A DNA stretch of 64,000 nt from Tubiluchus corallicola (GCA_030141605.1 JAQGDQ010000048.1:496001-560000), one strand, 5' to 3'. Shown: positions 25,449 through 40,400, counted from the first letter of the stretch. Numbers and translations are program-made. The notes: generated from the sequence alone by a model not told the origin.

Positions 25449-25679
25449 AACAGGACCCTGAAGCGACGAAGAGCTCTGGAAACCGGTCCGAGATACAAGA
25501 GGATGTAAATTATTTACAGCAACATTTATTCGTTCTCAGTCTGATTGTTTGTTATGCCTGCCCTCTACTATAAGGTCGTGACCTGGGAACATAAAAAAAC
25601 TTCTTTGCTAGCAAGAAAACGAAAACTTCCTACTGGTGATGACAATAAGTGAAACTATGTCACAGCGCTCATATTTAAC
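25449..25679 (+). promoter_or_regulatory. 5' UTR part of the first coding exon of the LGR gene, containing several uORFs
   Basis: Strong acceptor TTTCTTTTTTCTGTTTTTACAG| ending at 25448. Upstream ATGs at 25503, 25554, 25639 and 25657. Confidence 0.65.
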
Positions 25680-26005
25680 ATGAACATAAAACTCATAGCA
25701 TTTCTTTTTGCTTTGTTTATTTATGTCAGTTACACGGACAGAGTCCACGAAAGCGACGGTAGTTTTGGCTCGTTCGACTCCCACCAATCACTCACTGATG
25801 CCCCAACACTCACCACCTCTAAACAGTTCGGCACGTTCCAGACTCCCCAGGTCATCCAGGTGACGGAGGGGTGCCGGTGTGATGGTGCCACTGGAAGTCA
25901 GACGAGTGTCCATTGTCAGTGCTCTGGACCATTGGTGACTCCAGAAGGAATTCGCAATATCACTGGACCGGCATGGATTGATGACCCTAGCCGAATTGTC
26001 AAGCT
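25680..26005 (+). CDS. LGR1: Type A LGR / glycoprotein hormone receptor, coding exon 1: signal peptide, S/T-rich spacer and N-terminal Cys cap
   Basis: Signal peptide MNIKLIAFLFALFIYVSYT; Cys cluster CRC...CQCSG; ends RIVKL at CT|GTAAGT (phase 2), matching the downstream phase-2 LRR exons. Confidence 0.85.
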
Positions 26006-29000
26006 GTAAGTAGTAGTCTGTTTTTAAACATATATATATATATATAATTTTTACGAAAATTAAGTCATACTTTTCTAAGTTATTTCTACGCGATATCTTC
26101 TTTTGTTAGCCTAAAATTCGGACTTTCGTGCATTAAGGAAAAAATCAACAAATCACATTCAAATCAGAGATTATTTGGCGGCATAAAAGTGCATTTCGAT
26201 TCTTTTATTTATTATAGAAATACTCTCATTCTGTGAAAATCAAGTATAAAAAGTTTTTTCATTAACTTCAATACAGTATTAGAGGTAAATTAGTCAGTTA
26301 TTAGAACCTCATTCTGCAAAATAATAAGATCATTTTAAATATACCGTCAAAAAATCGTCAGTAGCAGTATAATCATGTAGTTTTCATATGTCTGTATACC
26401 AGGAAATAATGTGACCATACCACATCGTCTTACACATGCTCTTGATTTTTAAATGATGATAAACATTATAGATAATAACTCGTTTCTAAATATCTTCAAG
26501 GCATCTTAAGCTCTCATTACACGTGCACAGTAAAGTTTATAAGCTCCGTTCTACCAAGAACTGAGTTTTACAGTGCTTTAGCTAAGATCAACTGAGTTTA
26601 TGTGCGGGTGGATGTGACTATGACTATATATTTAGTAACTCAAACTATAATTTGATATTGAATTCTAATTTGAAAATAAGCGATTTTTCGTATTGCGTCA
26701 TCTAATGCGTTGCTTTACTATCGCTGCTGAAAGTATGACCACTTTTCTTTCAACATTTTGTTCTTTATTATGTTCAGAAAGTAATTTAATACGATAACCC
26801 AGCTGCATAAATTTTACAACGCTACAGCAATCTTTTTTCAATTTCTTAAATTCTTGTGTGCTTTTGTAGGTACGTAACTCGGTGGTGCTGTAGAAATTAT
26901 GCGCCTTTATGTAATTACATTGTTCTACTGATTTTTTAGCTTTCTACTTTTAGAGTTTATGTCTTTATTTGCTAATTGTGGCTTCCTAGCTGCGAATGTG
27001 AGAGAATGTTTACAATCACGCCCTCGTCTGGAAACCTGTTTCTCGTTGTGCAATTGATGCGACACTGTGACCCCGTTTCCATTAAATTCTATTAATTATA
27101 ACTTCATTGCATGTACGTTTAACTGTGTGCTGTGTAGTAGAAGGCATGCAGTTTTTTAAGAAAAGCAATTTTGTTAATGTTTCCCAATTTTGCAGTTCCA
27201 AACCAGATCAAAGGAACTTTCTTCTTACAAATTTTAACTAAATCCAGGGTAGCTAAGCTGCATTACTGCGCGGGAAATTAAAGAAAAATGTTTATGTAGT
27301 TTCGGTAATAATTAATTTTGAACCGGATTAGCTTTTGGATGAGTTTTTTGCATCCTGCACAAAGTAGTGTCTGCTTTAAATTTGAAGGTACTTGTATTGC
27401 CTATAGTGTGAATGGTGAGCATAATGAATAGTGTTTAGTTACTACTTTGCTGCGGCGGTGAAAACCCCTTTCCCAAGGCTGCGGACTGTTTAAAATCAGC
27501 TCTTTACGCAAATAACTAATACGAATTTTGCAATCAATTGTTCGAGAGTTCTTCCTCGATTTTTTTTTATTGCAGTAGCATCTTCTATAGTAATCATTTT
27601 TTCCTTGCAGTGCATTTCTGAGTTCTCTTTCGGTCGCCTTCACTGTTTAATCTGCCTGCCGTTGTCCTGCGCCTTTTCTGTACTTGTTCTAGGCGTTAGA
27701 AGTAGGTTATAAGCACAAAACACTTACTTTCGTTAGAAAGTTGCTATGCAATTACTGCTGTAAACGACTGTCGGCTGCCAAGGTTGGCCAAGATGCTTTA
27801 GCCTTGACCAACAAGTTCAGAGACTAATCGGTTTACAGGCGCAACAAAGCATCAAACAGATTAATGTACTTTTATGGTAAAGCGAGGGAAGCTTCTCTTA
27901 CGATTTTAAAACTAATTTTAGTGTTAAAATAATAGCTAAAAATTTAAAGAGTCTACGTGTCTAAATAAAAACTTTAGCCAATTTTTAGCACAGAACAAGA
28001 CCATACGCCAACAATTGGGTAGAGCTTTTATTCAGACGAATTGATACCTTAGATTTTTAATAATTTAGGAGACTGTATTGCAGACCTGCGGATAACACTC
28101 AGAGAAAAAGTTTCTTTCGAGAGTTTATGGCTACATGTATGACATATTATATGTGTAAAATCTTTTTGGACTACTTTTTAAAACCGCGAATTTATTTTTT
28201 AATTTTTCTTCGTCTTAAGAAACCTTTACACCGCCTCTAAGTGTACAGCCAACAGTTTCTCACATGGTAATTCTTCAAAATCTACAAGTGCCCAAAAAAC
28301 AAACAAAATTTAAAACCAAAGTGGCCGTGACCCGTTCGTATAGTAAAATACATAGATATATATTACGTATCCTATGGTAAAATAAGTTTTGACAGTGAAA
28401 CCTGGTGACCAATGTGAAACTGTACCTCACGGAACATAATACACTGTATATCCTATGTATTCAGGTAAATAACATGGCCTCCGGTCATGTTACGTGTGCC
28501 ACAGCTAACTTTCTCAAAACAGTTTCAAGTTACAAAATGAAATTGGTTTTCATCGCAGTTAAGTTCTACTATTGTTCGCTGTTATCCTGCTCCTGCACTT
28601 GAGACATGCAATTTTTTGCTATTGATTTATTTATTTAAATCTATTTCGCCGGTTACATACACTTACATTGCACGTCTACACAGTATGAGTGGAAAGAGTG
28701 CCAAGAGTCACTGCTACATGTGGGTGTATAACCAGAAAACACAAGTCTGAAACAAAGTACCTGTGTGCAACTGCTCTATTATCACTGTACCTACAGCGCT
28801 ATAGACCTTAATAAAGAACTTCGTCGTCAGACTTTAGAACATCTTACAAGATATAACAGACGGACGAATATATGTGATTTTTTGTCAAATAATTGCACAC
28901 AAAAACTTATTAACGCTTAACCAGCTTTTGAATTCGCTGTCAACTATAAAACTGCGGTTTTGCTGAGCTTTAGGGAATGGTTTTGCGTGATTTTTTGTGT

Positions 29001-29641
29001 ATAGTTATTAAACAACAGTTACTTTAATGGCCATTGACTTCAATGGACGACGGTCCTAAATTAGTACTGGCCATTTATGGTCATATTCCGTATTAAATGT
29101 GCAATACTAGTTTATTTTGTAAGTTCTTTTGCCAACCAATTCAAAAACGTTACATTGCTGCAGAAGGGAACTTTCGGAACACAAATACTTTCTCGTAATT
29201 AACGCAATTTGTTGCGTTCCATCTGTGACAAACCCCGCTGGATATCATGCGTGATTAGAATCAGTCACCTAATGACAAATGACCTGCTTTACCAGCATGT
29301 GTTAGGAACAATGCAGTGAAATTAGCTTCCTCGTGCAATAAAGTGCAGCTAAAGTACTGAACTTGACTTCGCGCAATAAAGTGCCGAACCTGGCTTCATC
29401 CGGATGGTTAATCCTGATTTACTCTCGTTACGAGAAGAAATAATTGATAGAATTCCTGAGTGTAAAGCTGCCACCAATGAGATTTGACAAAACTAAACTC
29501 GGTAATAAATGGCAGAAATGAGGACGATAATAGGTGACCAATGCTGGCTATACGTTACAGCAGTGTTCAGTACGTTGTGCGGATAAATTGTGCAACCATT
29601 CCGTCAGAAAGATAATTTGAAGAGTAAATAACTATAGGTTA

Positions 29642-29822
29642 TCAGCTAGTCAGTAGGTCACTCAGTCAGTCCAGTTCAGTAAATCGTCAATCAATGAATC
29701 GGTGAGTCAGTATATAAATTAGTGTGTCAGTCATTTAATCGGTCACACAGTTAGTCATTTAGTCAGTCCAGTCAGTCAATTGTCAATCAGGGAGTCGGTC
29801 AGTCAGGCAGTCGCTCAGTCAG
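29642..29822. repeat. Degenerate (TCAG)n tetranucleotide tract
   Basis: Recurrent AGTC/TCAG/TCGG/TCAA units. Confidence 0.8.
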
Positions 29823-30671
29823 GCAAGAGTTAGCTGAATCCAGGAAATGATTACTCTGCACGCTGAATGCATAGGTTGTCATCTCCTTATTTTCTCCAGA
29901 ACAGCAAAACAGGCGTAGACGGTGGCACAAATTATAACTTTTTGGCTGATCACGCACAGCTCCAGCAAGAACATTTAACTCTGCCTTGGAGAGAGAATGA
30001 AAAGACTAACGATAAACATTTCATGAACACAGCTTCTCTCCTAGCATGGGTGGAGCTCCAGCTAAACTAACAAAACTAAATTTGCTCATTGCAACATTGA
30101 TAGTATAGCAGCTATATACCTTTCTCGTGTCATTTCTACCAGTGATGATAAAATTTTATTGACAACATTAAATCTCGCCGACGACAGCCTGGAAACTATG
30201 TGACACGCAAGTCACGCCATTCTGTAAATACTGAATAGTAAAATAATCATCACCAGTGTTATCACTATTAAAGCAGGCAAGACCAACTTATATCTTGTTG
30301 AAGAGCTTTTAATTTTGGTTTTTAGTTAACCATACAGACGTACAGGACATTCGTGGGGCTATCGGCTTGCTTTATTAAAAGATCTTTGATAGAATTTCTG
30401 CCCAGCCCAAGTTTATAATGAGCACATATGGTCCATCCGTATCTTCATTAGTAATGAAGTCTAAGCTTTGATGCCCTTTGAAGCTCGCTGAGGGATCCCT
30501 CGTGTAGGGATATAGGGATATTAGAAAGCAATAGCTATGCTAAACGCTCACCTGATTGGCACATTTATATAGGAACTCAAGAACTTGTGGGGAGCTGGTT
30601 CGTAGCTGTCCTGCAAACATCTATTTTCGAAAATTTAAGGAAAAGCAAAAAAGGACAAAATAGTAGTAAAC

Positions 30672-30885
<214 letters not shown>

Positions 30886-30899
30886 CAGAGAGAGGGTTT

Positions 30900-31233
30900 G
30901 GAAGGAGTTTATAATTCCCCACACAATTTAAATACCCATTATACCTTAACCATAACCCTGTTTTCCTTTGATTTAGTCTCATTGCTTTCTTATTATTCTT
31001 CTCTCCTCCACCTCCTTCCTTCCTCGCCGTACTGTCCTGTAGTGTTTCGCTCTTTGCTTTTCTTGTATCCCCTTGCTTTCCATTCTTTTTATGTTTCACT
31101 CCTTATTTTCCCTCCATTATTTTCCTAGCTTTTTCATTTCACGTTTTTTTTCCTTTCTACTTATAAATTTAAATTGTAAGGGTATTATAATTGTTAGTGT
31201 ATTTAAATTGTGTGAGAGTTGTAAACTCCTTCC
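30900..31233. mobile_element. MITE-like element or local inversion bounded by about 35-bp imperfect inverted repeats
   Basis: 30900-30935 GGAAGGAGTTTATAATTCCCCACACAATTTAAATAC matches the reverse complement of 31199-31233, GGAAGGAGTTTACAACTCTCACACAATTTAAATAC. No clear target site duplication. Confidence 0.6.
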
Positions 31234-34200
31234 GGAAGAATGGAGTAGAGGCGAGAAGGGTAAAAGAGAGAAGAGAGGGGAGGGGAGGAAAGAAAAGGAG
31301 CAGACAGAAGAGGAGAGGAGAGGAGACGAGAGGAGAGGAGAAAGAGAAAGAGAAAGAAGACGGAAGACAGAGAGAAGATAAATGAAGAGAAGAGGAAATG
31401 GAAGGGGAAAAGACGGTGGTGGAAAGGGGCGGAGAATGGGTCATGAATTATTGGTTGTAAACGTGTGTAACAAACAATAATGGATATTAATAACACAAGC
31501 TGAATGCAGTGAATGAGGCTTGGCACATCTTTTGGATAAATTGTTGGTACCAAATGACACATAAGCATCCACTTAGCACTCAATAAATGCATCACAAATG
31601 CTTACCCACATTTCCATTTTTAACAGAGTGTTAGCATATTTGTTATTTTCATGCAGGTATTATTATTATCTAAGCTTGGCCGTTAATGCTGATAGTTTTG
31701 TTTGATTAAAAACCCTCCCCAGTGACTCATGACGGCCATATTGGACCCTAGAGAAATCACACGCATCTTTGTCATCCATAACCTTCTCCCTGAAATGCTT
31801 ACAAACAATTATCTCACACGAATGGCGTGTCGGGTGCTGGTGCTCCACGTGGTATAGCATACCTCATTATTCTTATGCAAAAGCTTTGCGTTACTATGCA
31901 TCTGTACATTATTATTATTGACATGTCAGACTCCATGTCTAAAAAAATAGGAAAATGAAGCGTCTATTAAATGAATTTTAAAAATTAATTTATAAAAGCC
32001 AAATATGTTGATATTTTTTCCTGCATTTTTATTTCAATAAATTTACTTTGTGGTGCTTTTATTTTTCGATGAGGGGTCTGAAAATGCATATATTTGATTT
32101 CTCTAAAATGTAAGTGGAACCAATAAATAGCCACTCGCTATATTAGTTGTAGATGTAGGTGCATAGCTGATTCACGTTTTACACTACTTTGGCATTATTG
32201 TCGTCCTTTTTATCATTTTATCGTTGCTGCTGCTGTTGTTGTTATTATTATTGATGACTTCGCCTCCATTGTTGTCATTGCTCATGCCACTGCTGCTGTT
32301 GATGGTGCTGGTGCTTATCGTCGCGGTCGCTGTCACTGCTATTGGTGTTATCATTGTCTTAGTTCTGTTTTATTATTTTGTGTTTCTGTGTTCACTTTCA
32401 ATGATTAGTTTACAAAATATATTTCAAAATCTGTTATCGCAATTTATACTCTAATAAGTGTTAACTTATTTTTGAAAAGAACATTAGTCACGCACGCGAA
32501 AATTATTTTATTATTCTCAGCTTTTTAACGGATTTTTCAGTTTCTTCGTCTCACGAGAATTTTATGTACAACTTTCGGGATAGTTTCGTTTTTGTCCTTA
32601 ATTCCTATATAGAAATTCTCATCATGATCAGAGCGTAATGCATACATTCCTCATTATGCGGATTAGCATTAAATGCAATCCGCACTCGAACGTTGCCTCT
32701 CTGTGACAATCTATAAAGGAGATAACCTGAAGTTTATAACACAAAATACCATACAAGATCGTGGCTTTTTTGTAAGTGTAAAATCACGTGAAGAGATTAC
32801 TCACTTGCATGTGCAGACTGCAGTGTAGCGACAGTGTTTATTTTTTAACTGTTTCCACTCTCTCATGGATACGCCACTGAGGCATGAAACATCAGTTGAA
32901 TATTAATTGAAAGCGCGTGTGTCTACTAATCAACCATTTCGTGACGACAAGTTTGCCATGTATTTAGTGCAGCTTCTTTCAATGCTTGAGTATTTTGTAA
33001 TTAAAGCTACCAAGTTATTGCAAACAGATTGAGCACGAAGTTGAATTGCTGTTAGATTCATTTCACATTTTCGACGAACTGAACTGAATAAATTACAGCT
33101 TCTCTCCAATTAAACCAAGCTCTTTAAAAATGAGGTCTTTCGCATTACTGCCTTTACCAAACCATAGCGCTCTTTCCACACCAATTAAACGCCCTCCTCG
33201 CCCTGCCCCTTTTACGCCTAACAGAGCTTCTATACAAAGCTGGAGCGAGTGGATGAATAAAGCCAAACCCTTCAGTGTAAGCATACTTCCCAATAAAGTT
33301 AAAGTTGCAGTGCTTATCAAATAATCTGGAAAAATAAAGAGTAAACAGAAAATTATTAGTGTTTAGGTCTGAGAAACTACAACCGTAAATGCACATCAGG
33401 TTTATTTCTCATTGTTTGCCTTATGGTTGCTCATTGTTTGATAAACAGTAAACATCGCGTCAATATTGTCATGCAGTTAATTGCCGTCGGTTCAGCGTGT
33501 AGAGTTTTTTCACGAAACGAAGCCATGTGTCTCTCCAGCAGAATGTCATACTATATCATAGTAAAACTCTATTTCGGGATATTTAATGCGTAGCAGGTGG
33601 GGTGCCTTATCACGATTTTTTAGGACTGTCTTTGTGATATGCAGTTATGAAACCCGAACGGCCTTGCTGATGCATGAAAGGTTGGAAAGATGTCAAGAAA
33701 CTTGGCTCCTTTAAAAAACTTAAATAATTGCTTTTTAAACATTTAATGCGATACACGTTCAAAAACGTAAAGTATGGTTGCTATAATTAAGATAAAATAC
33801 TGACTATTAAATTTGATTAAACTCGCGTAAATGGGAAGATTAATCAATTTACACTTACACTTAGCAGTTTCAATTAAGTAGATATAAAAATATTTTAAAA
33901 ATGTAAACAATAAGTTTCAATAAGTTAACACTACATACTAGTTAAACTTGTTAATTTTAAAATAAATATATTATTAATGAGCGTTTCAAAATTTTGAGTG
34001 GATATTTCTTTTTTAGAAGTTCACAGGGCGAGACTTTTTTAATGGTTCCCAGTGCAACTAAACGAGTGAATAGCTTTGCACCTATGTACATGTTGAATTG
34101 TTGATTGACAGATCCCTTATTTGATAACGAAATTTGCCTATTCCATTTTGTTAAGTGCTAAATTAGATTCAACTTGTCGTAAACAAATTAATGAGCAATT

Positions 34201-37200
34201 CGCAAATGTTCCGTAATGGCTTTTATTATTAGTTTTGACTAGTTATCGCGATATACATATTGTATTTAAGCACTAAGCATATGGCTTCTATTTTGAGTTT
34301 CTGTTCACTGCACGAAAAACAGTCAAGCCCCATAAGAGTTGCATTAGGTTCTAATTCTCTGTCGTGTTTAACATAATTGATGCTGCAATGCTCTTACCAA
34401 CAAATTGCTTGAAAGTGGTTCAGCAAAGTTGTTTTTACTTTATTCACCTCTACAACTAGAAAAACCCTTTCACCTCTGTTTGCGCAGAACCGCAGACATT
34501 TATATATGTAAAAATATAAATGTATACAAATATAATAATAAAAAGAGCAAATTTTGTAACATTGGAGGTTGATTAAAGAGGCTGTATAAATGCTCAAAAT
34601 GAAAAAATTCTAGAAAAACTTTTCAAATTGGCGAATTTACCTTTAAAGGGAATAAAAAATCTCCAGGCTTTCTTATCTAGATTTGGCATTATTTCAGCTT
34701 AAACATTTTTGTACCAAAAAGAATTGAAAAATGGTTAGAAGCTCTTCTTACGCTTCTGAATACATCATATTATTACTATAAAAAATTTTAAATTACTAGT
34801 GCATTAACGATATCTTTGATTTTTACTTTTTTGTAACACACAATATTTCCCAGGTGCTACTTTGTCTATTTGGCTGGCTTTTTTTTAAATTAACTTTACC
34901 ATATTATTTACTGTATTCACATTTGGTATTTGGTTTCTTTAAAATATGTTTTTTAGATTGCTTCTTATTGCATTTGATTCACTTTCAGGATAGTTTTAAA
35001 ATACAACTGAGCTCCATTAATTGTTGGGCTTAATCATGCATGAGAGTCCCGTTATCTCCATTAGTTCTTTTCGTGAAAATTTCTCCTAGATGTCCAAGAA
35101 AGTTAAAGAAATGCTGTTACATTCGTGAATTGTTGGCCCTTGCATTTGTACTCTGCTTGACTTTCTTACTTGTTATAAGCAGTAAGATTAATTCTTATAA
35201 GAATGGAACAATGTATCTTGTGCTTTGATTCATGAGATTTTCTTTTGTGCGTTTCTCCGTCGGCTTGCTCGTCAAATGAGACAAGGCAGATTTGTTATGC
35301 TAATCACGAGTAATCAAACTTAACAAAAGCATTACAGGGACTACACTTCTCTTCTACGAGGCTTAATTAATCAAATGCGACCTAAATGAGGCCAGCACTG
35401 ACTAATAAGTTCGATGTTCGCTCGTGAACATGGGCAAGATTACTGCCATTGTCTCTGAGCTATAAGCTTGAAAATCAGACGATGTGATGATACGATACCC
35501 TATGATCCTATACAATAATTAAGACTTTTTACTTCCAGTTGTTTTGAAACTGCATTCAATGAGCTTCGCAAAAAATAGCTGAATATAAATTGCTGTAAAG
35601 AAATTTTGATTAATTATTACAAACAGCTATAGTAGCTGTTAATATTAAAGAAAAAGTGCGTAAAAGTTATAGATGGTAATTAAGAAGAAGTTAATTACCG
35701 AGTTTTCAGATTAATAGGCTGATGAAAATAAACGCGAAATATAACACTAAAAGTATTTTCTGATGAGCGGCTACGTCCGTAGAACCAACAGTTTCTAGTG
35801 ATGCTATGACCCTAAAAAAACTACTATGCACTATACAGCTTTTATTTCACAATCAGTGTGCATAAATAGTTACTGCGCTGTTGCATTAGGATTTAACAGG
35901 CCAAGGAAGCTGGGACGCAGGTTACTCTTTCTGCAAGATAAGCCCTTCATCGCATATTATTGTCCTCTGCACGTCGGTTCCTACTCCGAACATTATTTCA
36001 AATGATATCTCACTGCGCTACTGTACTGCCACCGCCTAGACCCAGTCTAACCGGGCATACGACGAATGTTCAAGGAGAGTGGAATCAACCTTGTGAATAG
36101 GACAAAAGGCTTAATACTGCTACTGCGTTATGAGACTGCTTTTGATAGTCCCATAACAATTCATCAAACTGCCAGGTTTTATAGACGCGTACGTAGAGTA
36201 GACTTCATTCTACTTTTGTAAAGACACGTGCCCCGCTACATTGGAATCAACCCCATGATACACTTGATATCTAAGCCCTAAGAAAAATGTGAATAAATAT
36301 GATTTTACGGCGAAAGCTAAATTGAGACGAATTACAAGTTTATTCAGCTTGCTATATTAAGGAGAGTGTTGCTTGCGATCAAGGATTAGTGATCCTCACT
36401 GATTTTGTGAATCTGTCAAACCCATCAACAAATCGTCAGATCTGCTTTCCAAAAATCTACATAAGCCACTATAGTTATGTAACGCCAGTTTTTTAGTCTA
36501 AGAAGTGGGCCTAGTTCCATCCGGCTTGCTCAGTGGTAACACTCAATAGTATTATTTTGGACGGCATCTTTGCTCGTGATGATAAATAGACAAACTAACG
36601 GAGAAGAAATGTACATTTTGTCGAAGATAATTTCGTATTTCCGACGCGCTGAAGACTTCCTGGCGATATAATATTGTCTGACTAATGACACTGACATCCG
36701 GTAAGACGGCGATAATTGAGATGTTTCTAAAAGTAACAAACCACAAACACTCCGTTTACTTATTTTCTCGAAACCTAAAATCTTCGAATAAAAAACAGCG
36801 TTCTTGGAAATTCTTAACTGTGAGAAATTAACAAAAGCGCCCCTTTGGGATATAACTCGTCATCTATCAAAGTCATTTGTTTACTTTTGTCACAATTAAC
36901 TCGCTCTTATATCAATTCGGAATTTGTCAGATGACATAGCCCAAGAACTGTTCGCGTATTTAATCAGCCGCCCTGTTCACAGCGCTTATTTAATGAGTCC
37001 ATAGTGAGAGTCGGATAGAGTAAATTTACCTAACTTGACATCTTGAAATAAAGCCAGCGAGTTTGCGCTACTTTCTCAACTTCTCTCAATATTTATCAGC
37101 GTCAGTTCCAGTCAAATCTTGTCAGTTTCGGAAGACCATTGTAAGACGCTGATGATCTAATTAGATAAAGTGCCATTGTATGGCTTTAGACTGTGTGTAC

Positions 37201-37357
37201 ACTATAGAGGGCGTCTCCGTATAAGCTAGGTCTAGCAAACATCACGGGTCAGCATTCATTCAAAATCAACATTTCTCCTTTAAATTAATGAAACTATTGA
37301 AACCATTATACTGTTTGTTGTTGACGATGGCAAGATCATTACGTTACTTGCTGGTGA

Positions 37358-37470
37358 AGATGATGACGGTGATGGTGATGGTTGATGGTGATCATGATGA
37401 TGACAGTGATAATGATGATGACGACGACGACGACGATTATGATGGCGATGACAAGACGACGATGACAATA
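37358..37470. repeat. Degenerate (GAT/GAC/GGT)n trinucleotide tract
   Basis: Seen directly. Confidence 0.9.
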
Positions 37471-40400
37471 ATTACATTATCGGTAGTAGAAACGATACAT
37501 TTACTCGGTGTATCACCACTCAAGAACCCAAAAACGTCATTAATGCGCATTCCGAAATCAAAATTATTTAGCTTTTTAATTATTAATAACATCAGTAACT
37601 TGCGTTAAATCAAACTTCATATTGTATATACCAATGTAGAGCATGAGTGCGTGTATGAGCAAAACCGTGCACGGGTTATATGCAAAATTAGTTCGTCACT
37701 GCTATTTAAATGTCAAATTTTCACAATGTGTATTGAAATGATTTACGACTCGTTGACTGCTGCTATGTATGTCTACATTTAAAATGTCCAGAAACCTTCG
37801 TGTTATTTATTGCTCATCGTAGACGTGCAGTTTGTGTTTGCATCGTAAATTACTGCCATATTTGTTGTTAAAGTTCTTCCTCTCGTCGTTATTTTCAAGC
37901 GAAAAGGACGGTTTCGGTTTCTTCTGCTCAAAACACCAGCGGCGGGACTTAAACAGGATTCAACAAACTCTTAATGAAAAAAACAACTTCATAAGTTTAT
38001 CAGGCGCTTTGATATGCCTTTGCACAGCTCACTATATTTTCAGCGGCTCAGTACATCTTCCTTACATTTTTCAGTAGATCTACCTTATTTTGTCGTTACT
38101 GTTAGAAAGACTGCGTTTTCTCTGAAATCACTTACCAAAAATTCTCAGATTAATTCATTCGGGATGTTATATAAATTGAATACGAAGTATTTGTCGCATT
38201 CAGTCTCCCTTGAATAGAAATTGGTCACGAACCTTAATTGGTGTACTGCGAACACAGCGTGTGATGTGCTGTTGTAGAAATGATTGTGTTTTTGGCACAC
38301 ATGTATATAGGCGTTTGTATTTCTTGTATTATTTAATTTTGTTTTGATATAGCGGTATATAAGTATTGTTACTTTTTTAATTATGTGTATATTTGCAATA
38401 TGAAACTTTGGTTCTATAATTAAAGCATTAATTCGATACACTTTACGCGTTAACAGGCTAATTCTCATATCTTCAGATATTTTAGCAAGGAAGGTTTACG
38501 CATTTTTTATCGCTAGGTGCTTTCAAAGCTTCCAGTCCGCATGGCCTCACATACCTCGGTTTGTTTCTTGTGTCTATTCGGGCGTTTTCTTGCAAACATT
38601 CTGTTCTTGATGGACACATTAGGGATACAACATTCATAAAGCCAAGTAAACCGTGTTTTCCAAGGCGGCTCTGGGTGTTCGTAAAAAGGGTGACAGATAA
38701 ATTTAACTGGTTGGGCTAACGTGAAGCTAGTTGGGTGTTTTGGACAAAAGTTTAACACTTTGTGTGAAGGACTTCCACAGTTCAGTCAATCCTTCATTTA
38801 TAAAATACAACAGCACTTTGAGTTTAAAAATGATCGAAGCAGTCTCCACGTTTACACTGCGAAAGTTCTTCCTTCTCAAGATCTTTCCATTTAAATCATC
38901 GTCGAATTCTAAATTGAAATCTACCCGTTCACGTTACGAATAATAACGGCCTGATATCCTTTGGGACATATCGAAAATTCCTCTTTTGAAAAATTTTGCG
39001 CGTTGCTTTATGCTTTATCACAAAGCAGATGCTACAAGTACAATGCTGTAATGCTCCTCTGATTAATAGCATTCTATTCTGAACATTGAGAATTGACCGA
39101 ATTTACAGCACTTGAGATAAGGTTGATCGTAGCAATTTAAAATCAACTTCACTGGGATTGATGCGATGGTTACGTTAAGCTCTATAGAGCGCAATACGCG
39201 GAAGCCGAATAAGTCTTCTCGTTTCATAGTTCTACCAGAGATTAATAAAATAAGAAACTTTGTGAGTCTTCCGTTTGTATTTTATCATTTCAGATAAACA
39301 AAAGTTTTAACTTACAGTTATAACAGTTTATTAACTTTATTTGTAATATGCTAATGTGTTTACGCAACATTGTATTATTCAGAGTTCTTGAATTGTTGTA
39401 CCAATATGAGATTCTGAGATCTATACAAAATTCACGTGTTTCTGACTAACGTTATTAGCGCAAGGTACTAATACTATGCAAGTGAGAATCAACGATAGCG
39501 TAATGATGAACAAGTCGGAATGGCTGACACGATGGATGTACCCGTGCCAAAGTTAACTTCTGATAAAGTTCCAAATAGCTAATGTATTATGCACTTATAT
39601 ATGCGAAATTAGAGGTTTCGTCTTAATATGACAAAGATTAGAAAGCTCGATTAAGTCGACACATTTGGACCCACATGCCCTTATGTTAGCTTCTGATAGT
39701 GTTACAAAATAAACCCAACAATGCATCATAAATGCATCGTGCGTATGATGGCTTTATAGCGCAAAAATGTCTAGTTTTATGTGTAAAAATGCACATATAT
39801 AGAAACTGAACGCATATTATAGGACGCTTTGAATCCATTTTCATTTGTACGAACTCATGTCAATTCTAGAGTATCAAGTCTCGTGCCTTTTCGACTTAAC
39901 CATGCAATGTAAGCAAGAACAGCGTGTGATTCAATATTATGTAATAACTTATCAATGTGCTTGTATTCTAAGCTCTAACATAATCGGTGTTAGGTGTAGG
40001 TCAACTTGTTATTGTAATCTATTGTAATGACTGTTACAGATGATAACCGTTTATTGTGCGTGTTTCTTTTATTATTCTGAAACACGTACATCTCTGTTGC
40101 TTTTTGTTTGTATGTTAGTTTGGTTTAAACTGTATTTATCTGTACAATAAAGAAATTTGAACTAGTGCATACCTGTTCAACAATAATCATTGATAAGTAG
40201 TAATTGATCTCGGCTAACATATTAATTGTAAACCTATATAAAAGCCTCTGACAGGCTTAGGCTGTACGTTTTGTCTTTTACGTGGGTTTGTTTGTTTATT
40301 TGTTTGTTCGTTTGTTTTTGTTTGAACAAATAAACTAAAGTAAGTGAGCGAAATGAACGTCATCGAAATGGACAGCTGAGTGGACAAGCAGTCATGCAGT

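Noticed and set aside
27401-27700. Minus-strand VKATERELRNALQGKNDYYRR resembling a LINE ORF2 linker
   Set aside because: Too short and degenerate, with no adjacent endonuclease or RT motifs.
32200-32454. Hydrophobic 76-aa ORF resembling a membrane peptide
   Set aside because: Derived from a degenerate (TGC/TGT/TAT)n low-complexity tract and has a non-ATG start.
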